DNA of 64,000 nt from Epiperipatus broadwayi. Taxonomy: Eukaryota; Animalia; Onychophora. Shown in pieces: positions 60,611 through 64,000 of this stretch (positions are counted from its first letter, which is position 1; the number at the start of each line of letters is the position of its first letter). The translations under genes were made by a program, and so were the position numbers. The DNA is taken from contig JAQFVV010000006.1 in the NCBI GenBank assembly GCA_028023455.1, forward strand, positions 6,634,001 through 6,698,000, read 5' to 3'. Under the pieces are notes generated by a model. The model was given only the letters and a program-made list of their open reading frames with translations, did not search any database and had not been told where the DNA came from.

Positions 60611-61180
60611 TTAGGGAGTGCCGGAAATGTGTCACTAGGGAGTACCGGAAATGACAGTATTTAGCTGGGATCCGTGAAACTATCATTTTAATTAACCAAA
60701 TGAAGAACACTCAGCTGGGATGTAGCTGATAAATGTTTCAATAGATTGCTTATAACTAAAATTATTTCACTAAATTTCTGCATAATATGTAGATGTGCGC
60801 TGTTTACTAACCAGCCTGACAAAGTTTAACCATGTAAATGCAGAAAAAATTAACCACTGAGTCAAATTTATATATATTATTTAAACTGCTCGTGAAACAT
60901 CCCGCGTGACGTATAGTTAATGGGCCATTGTTATGATATTTGAATCGACTCGAGACTGTTAACAACAACTTACAAATTAGAAACAAAAAGGTTATCTAAT
61001 ACTGGAAGAACTTCTTTTAGGTTGAATACATTTTCATAAGGTTTTAATTTTTTTCTCTCTTTTTGTAAGTCAGATTAAACAAACCTGGTCATTAGCGCAA
61101 CCTCAACCAGACGATTCGCGTTTACCGAGACTAAAAAAGATTAAAGTTATCACATAAACACGTTGCATACGGCAGAGGAG
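60611..61180. promoter_or_regulatory. CpG-retaining patch with tandem ETS-like CCGGAAAT motifs
   Basis: TAGGGAGT(G/A)CCGGAAATG twice (60612 and 60636), CCCGCGTGACGT (60901), GATTCGCGTTTACCG (61113). Confidence 0.4.
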
Positions 61181-63029
61181 TTTGAGTACCTTTAAATAAA
61201 ATTTAAATACTTTATAATAGAATTACAAATTAAAATCTATTTCTCAGTTCTACTCATTATCTCTGTCAATTAAGCCAACTCTAACTATTCGTTAACTCCA
61301 TTTGGATGCACACATCCATCTTTCCCTCTTAATATCTATTAACTTCACATTGTATTTATTGAACTAATCATTACTATCTTCGTTCATCTATTTATACACA
61401 TTGTCTAACATCTATTTTCTAACACAAGCTTGAAAAAGCTTTTAAATAATTCAAGTTTAAATCAGATTTATATTTCTTTCAGAGAGTTAGCTCATAGACA
61501 ATTCAACAAATCATCAAATATTGGTTGGTAAGTGGGTATTTAGCTACTCTTAGATAAGGATTAAATAACAAAAACCCTACTACTCTGCAGTTGCCATGAT
61601 TGGTGAGTACTGCTACCTGGATATCTTTGCTGTTGTGGAGACTCCTATCTTGTAGTTGGTTGTTCAAAGGGTGTTTTATTTTTATTTTCAGTATATTTGA
61701 TTGATAAGTTAAACAGTCCCTCAAAAGTTTTATGCTGCTCATTTTTTATTTTGTGATTAGCACATACTTATATGACCAATACAAATGTGTCTCCTTAACT
61801 CTTCATCTAAAAGTGGCCACATCCATATTTATTGAGCAACGTATGGATAAACAGTTTAACTATCGGGTATTTCCCTGAAAAACTTCTAAGTTTATCTGGA
61901 AATTCTTCAGTAGCTTAAAAAATACTAACTTCAGTCCATATTTGAAATCTGGATTACGAATGTGGAAAGTTAATATTTTAACTACTATATTAAAAATTCA
62001 TTTATATCAATTTACTAGCAACAATGCAAGAAGCAATATTAGTTTTTTTATTTTCGTGTGGTTATTTACTTATTTGGATATTGGTTTTTCTGTTTATTGG
62101 TATTCGTAATTCAAATTTGCAAACGTTTGTAAATTTGAATTATATGCATATATTAAAATGTTTAATCTTTATTTAAAATTAAACTAAGCCTATTTTATGG
62201 AACAAATATGTCTGAACATGTTATTAGGAAAAAAATAAAGGTATTGATATAACTACATGTGAGCATTATTTACAGGATATTTAAATGATTCTTTACGGAT
62301 CTTGTTTGTAAATTGGTTTAATAATATATTCACAATTGTTTATTCCATAAAATAGGTTTATATTCATAGCTGTAAAATTATTTATATCTTATTAAAGAAT
62401 CTGAAACCAAAATATTTGCTTAAAACATTTTGCTTCTTATCATTTAGAGACTAAAGGCTCCAGAATTAAAATTTATCTCTTTCTGGTCTGATATCACATG
62501 ATCTTTTGAGTAAGTAACAATTTAATTATTAATATCATTGTAACTTTAACTGTCAATTTCATACCTAAAGAAACAATCTTTCCAACAATTATCTACAAAG
62601 AATTAATAAAAACAAAAACAAGATTCACCTGGCTATAGATTTTATAAATATCCATTATTATTTTTATTCTCCAGCTTGATGCCCATTTACTGACCAATAA
62701 TAAGATGGTTAATTGAAACATGTTATCTAAATAAATAAAAATCAAGCTTGCTCAGAATCCAATAAAAATATCTCCATTTCATTGTATTTTAATCCCAAGT
62801 TATATATATAACAAGAAAATGCTCTAATCACTACCTTTCAAGATCTTTCTAAAATTTTACTTCTTATAATATTCTAAATGTGAATTTCATTTAGTGAATA
62901 TATAAGTGTAACAAATCTTATCAGAAAACCATATCTTATCATTATTATTGTTTCATTGCAGAATGAAATTTATTCTAAATTTAATCCGTTTTATTAGCCA
63001 TACTTTTTTATTTCAGCAAACTTTCTTAA

Positions 63030-63150
63030 CTTATCCATCCATCTCACATGTGGTCTTTTTATTGGTCTCTTATCTCATTAGCATTCAGTTAAATACCAAC
63101 AGATTATCATATGGAATATTGAACATATCTGGAATGACTTATTGTCTCAT
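63030..63150 (-). mobile_element. RTE LINE 3' fragment, degenerate
   Basis: TCCATCCATCTCACATGTGGTCTTTTT is the reverse complement of AGAAAGAGACCACATGTGAGATGGATGGA (10681-10709). Confidence 0.7.
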
Positions 63151-63619
63151 GTCAATCTGTTGTTAAAAGAAAGATGCTAAAGACACATCTTATTATTTGA
63201 TATTCAGTAAATGTACATCAATATTAAATAATTAAATGGTTAGTCATTTGAGAAGCCATGGACAGTCAAACATTAAAATGATAGGTTGATCTTTAAAGCA
63301 CAGACCTTTAGCTCTTTTATTAAGTTCAACATTCAACCAATGTGCTGAACTATGCAAGACATGATAGTTTAATGGTTTGTTAGTTAGGAATTCATGTAAT
63401 GTTTGAGTAGCAGAAGTATTTGATCCACTTTCACGTATTATGTTTTTAATATATATTTACAATAAATAATATGCATTCTATATGTTCCATGTCAATTAAT
63501 ATTATTATAGATCGTATAAACAACTATGATATTTTGAAAATAACTATTTGTTTTTCGTTTTAAATAATTGGAAATAATGCAATCGTCCTGCCTCAGTAAA
63601 AAACAAAAACAAATTATGA

Positions 63620-63830
63620 AGGACTTGAATTCAGACTTTCAAACCCGCCACAACTATACAATCCATCTTATATAACCAATACATATAATCATGTACATGT
63701 GAGAAAGATAAATGATCTCCAACACATATTTCGTGCTGAATCAGCACTCAACAACTGATCCAAATTACCATATCAAACATATATAATCACTGCTCAGTTT
63801 ATATTAAGATAGCAAATCTTCAACTTTAAT
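63620..63830 (-). mobile_element. HHR family C2 element with decayed core
   Basis: Minus UUGUUGA-GUGCUG auu CAGCAC-GAAAU-AUGU-GUU; flanks are colinear with 8660-8885. Confidence 0.72.
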
Positions 63831-64000
63831 TACATTAAATTTGGTATAGAAAATATACATGTATTTAAATGTTATTAAAAAAAACAAATTCCAATTAATG
63901 ACCTCACAACAATGTTTTTCTTGGGAGTATTTATGTTTACAAAGGAATAAAGAAAGTTAGACTTTAAAATCTTCGCTGTATAAATAATTATGATCAATTA

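Noticed and set aside
61594-61765. GCCATGATTG|GTGAGT as a first coding exon spliced to 61693
   Set aside because: It gives only a 23-aa unrecognised peptide; such motifs arise by chance.

Overview
AT-rich (roughly 70% A+T by eye), CpG-depleted animal genomic DNA, probably invertebrate (inference). I can find no convincing host protein-coding exon, so this looks like intergenic DNA or a large intron. The dominant signal is about 30 type I hammerhead-ribozyme (HHR) motifs, about 15-17 of which keep both conserved core strands (CUGANGA and GAAA plus an NUH triplet). They belong to five dispersed short repeat families, labelled A-E here, plus one remnant next to a GIY-YIG fragment. Most copies form fold-back (inverted) structures with a one-sided tail, or tandem multimers. 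This is the architecture of Penelope-like element (PLE) pLTRs and retrozymes, and a decayed PLE GIY-YIG endonuclease remnant lies at about 18.0-18.3 kb. Also present: a twin-primed RTE-clade LINE with an 11-bp TSD (9.5-10.8 kb) and many RTE 3' fragments; four copies of a very short tRNA-Gly(TCC)-derived SINE, three with TSDs; an older tRNA-headed SINE; a mariner remnant; three copies of a CCHC-ending non-LTR element; several local satellites (77, 92, 130, 136 and 154 bp units); and a few CpG-retaining, promoter-like patches. All calls come from manual reading without alignment or folding software. Boundaries of degenerate repeats are approximate.
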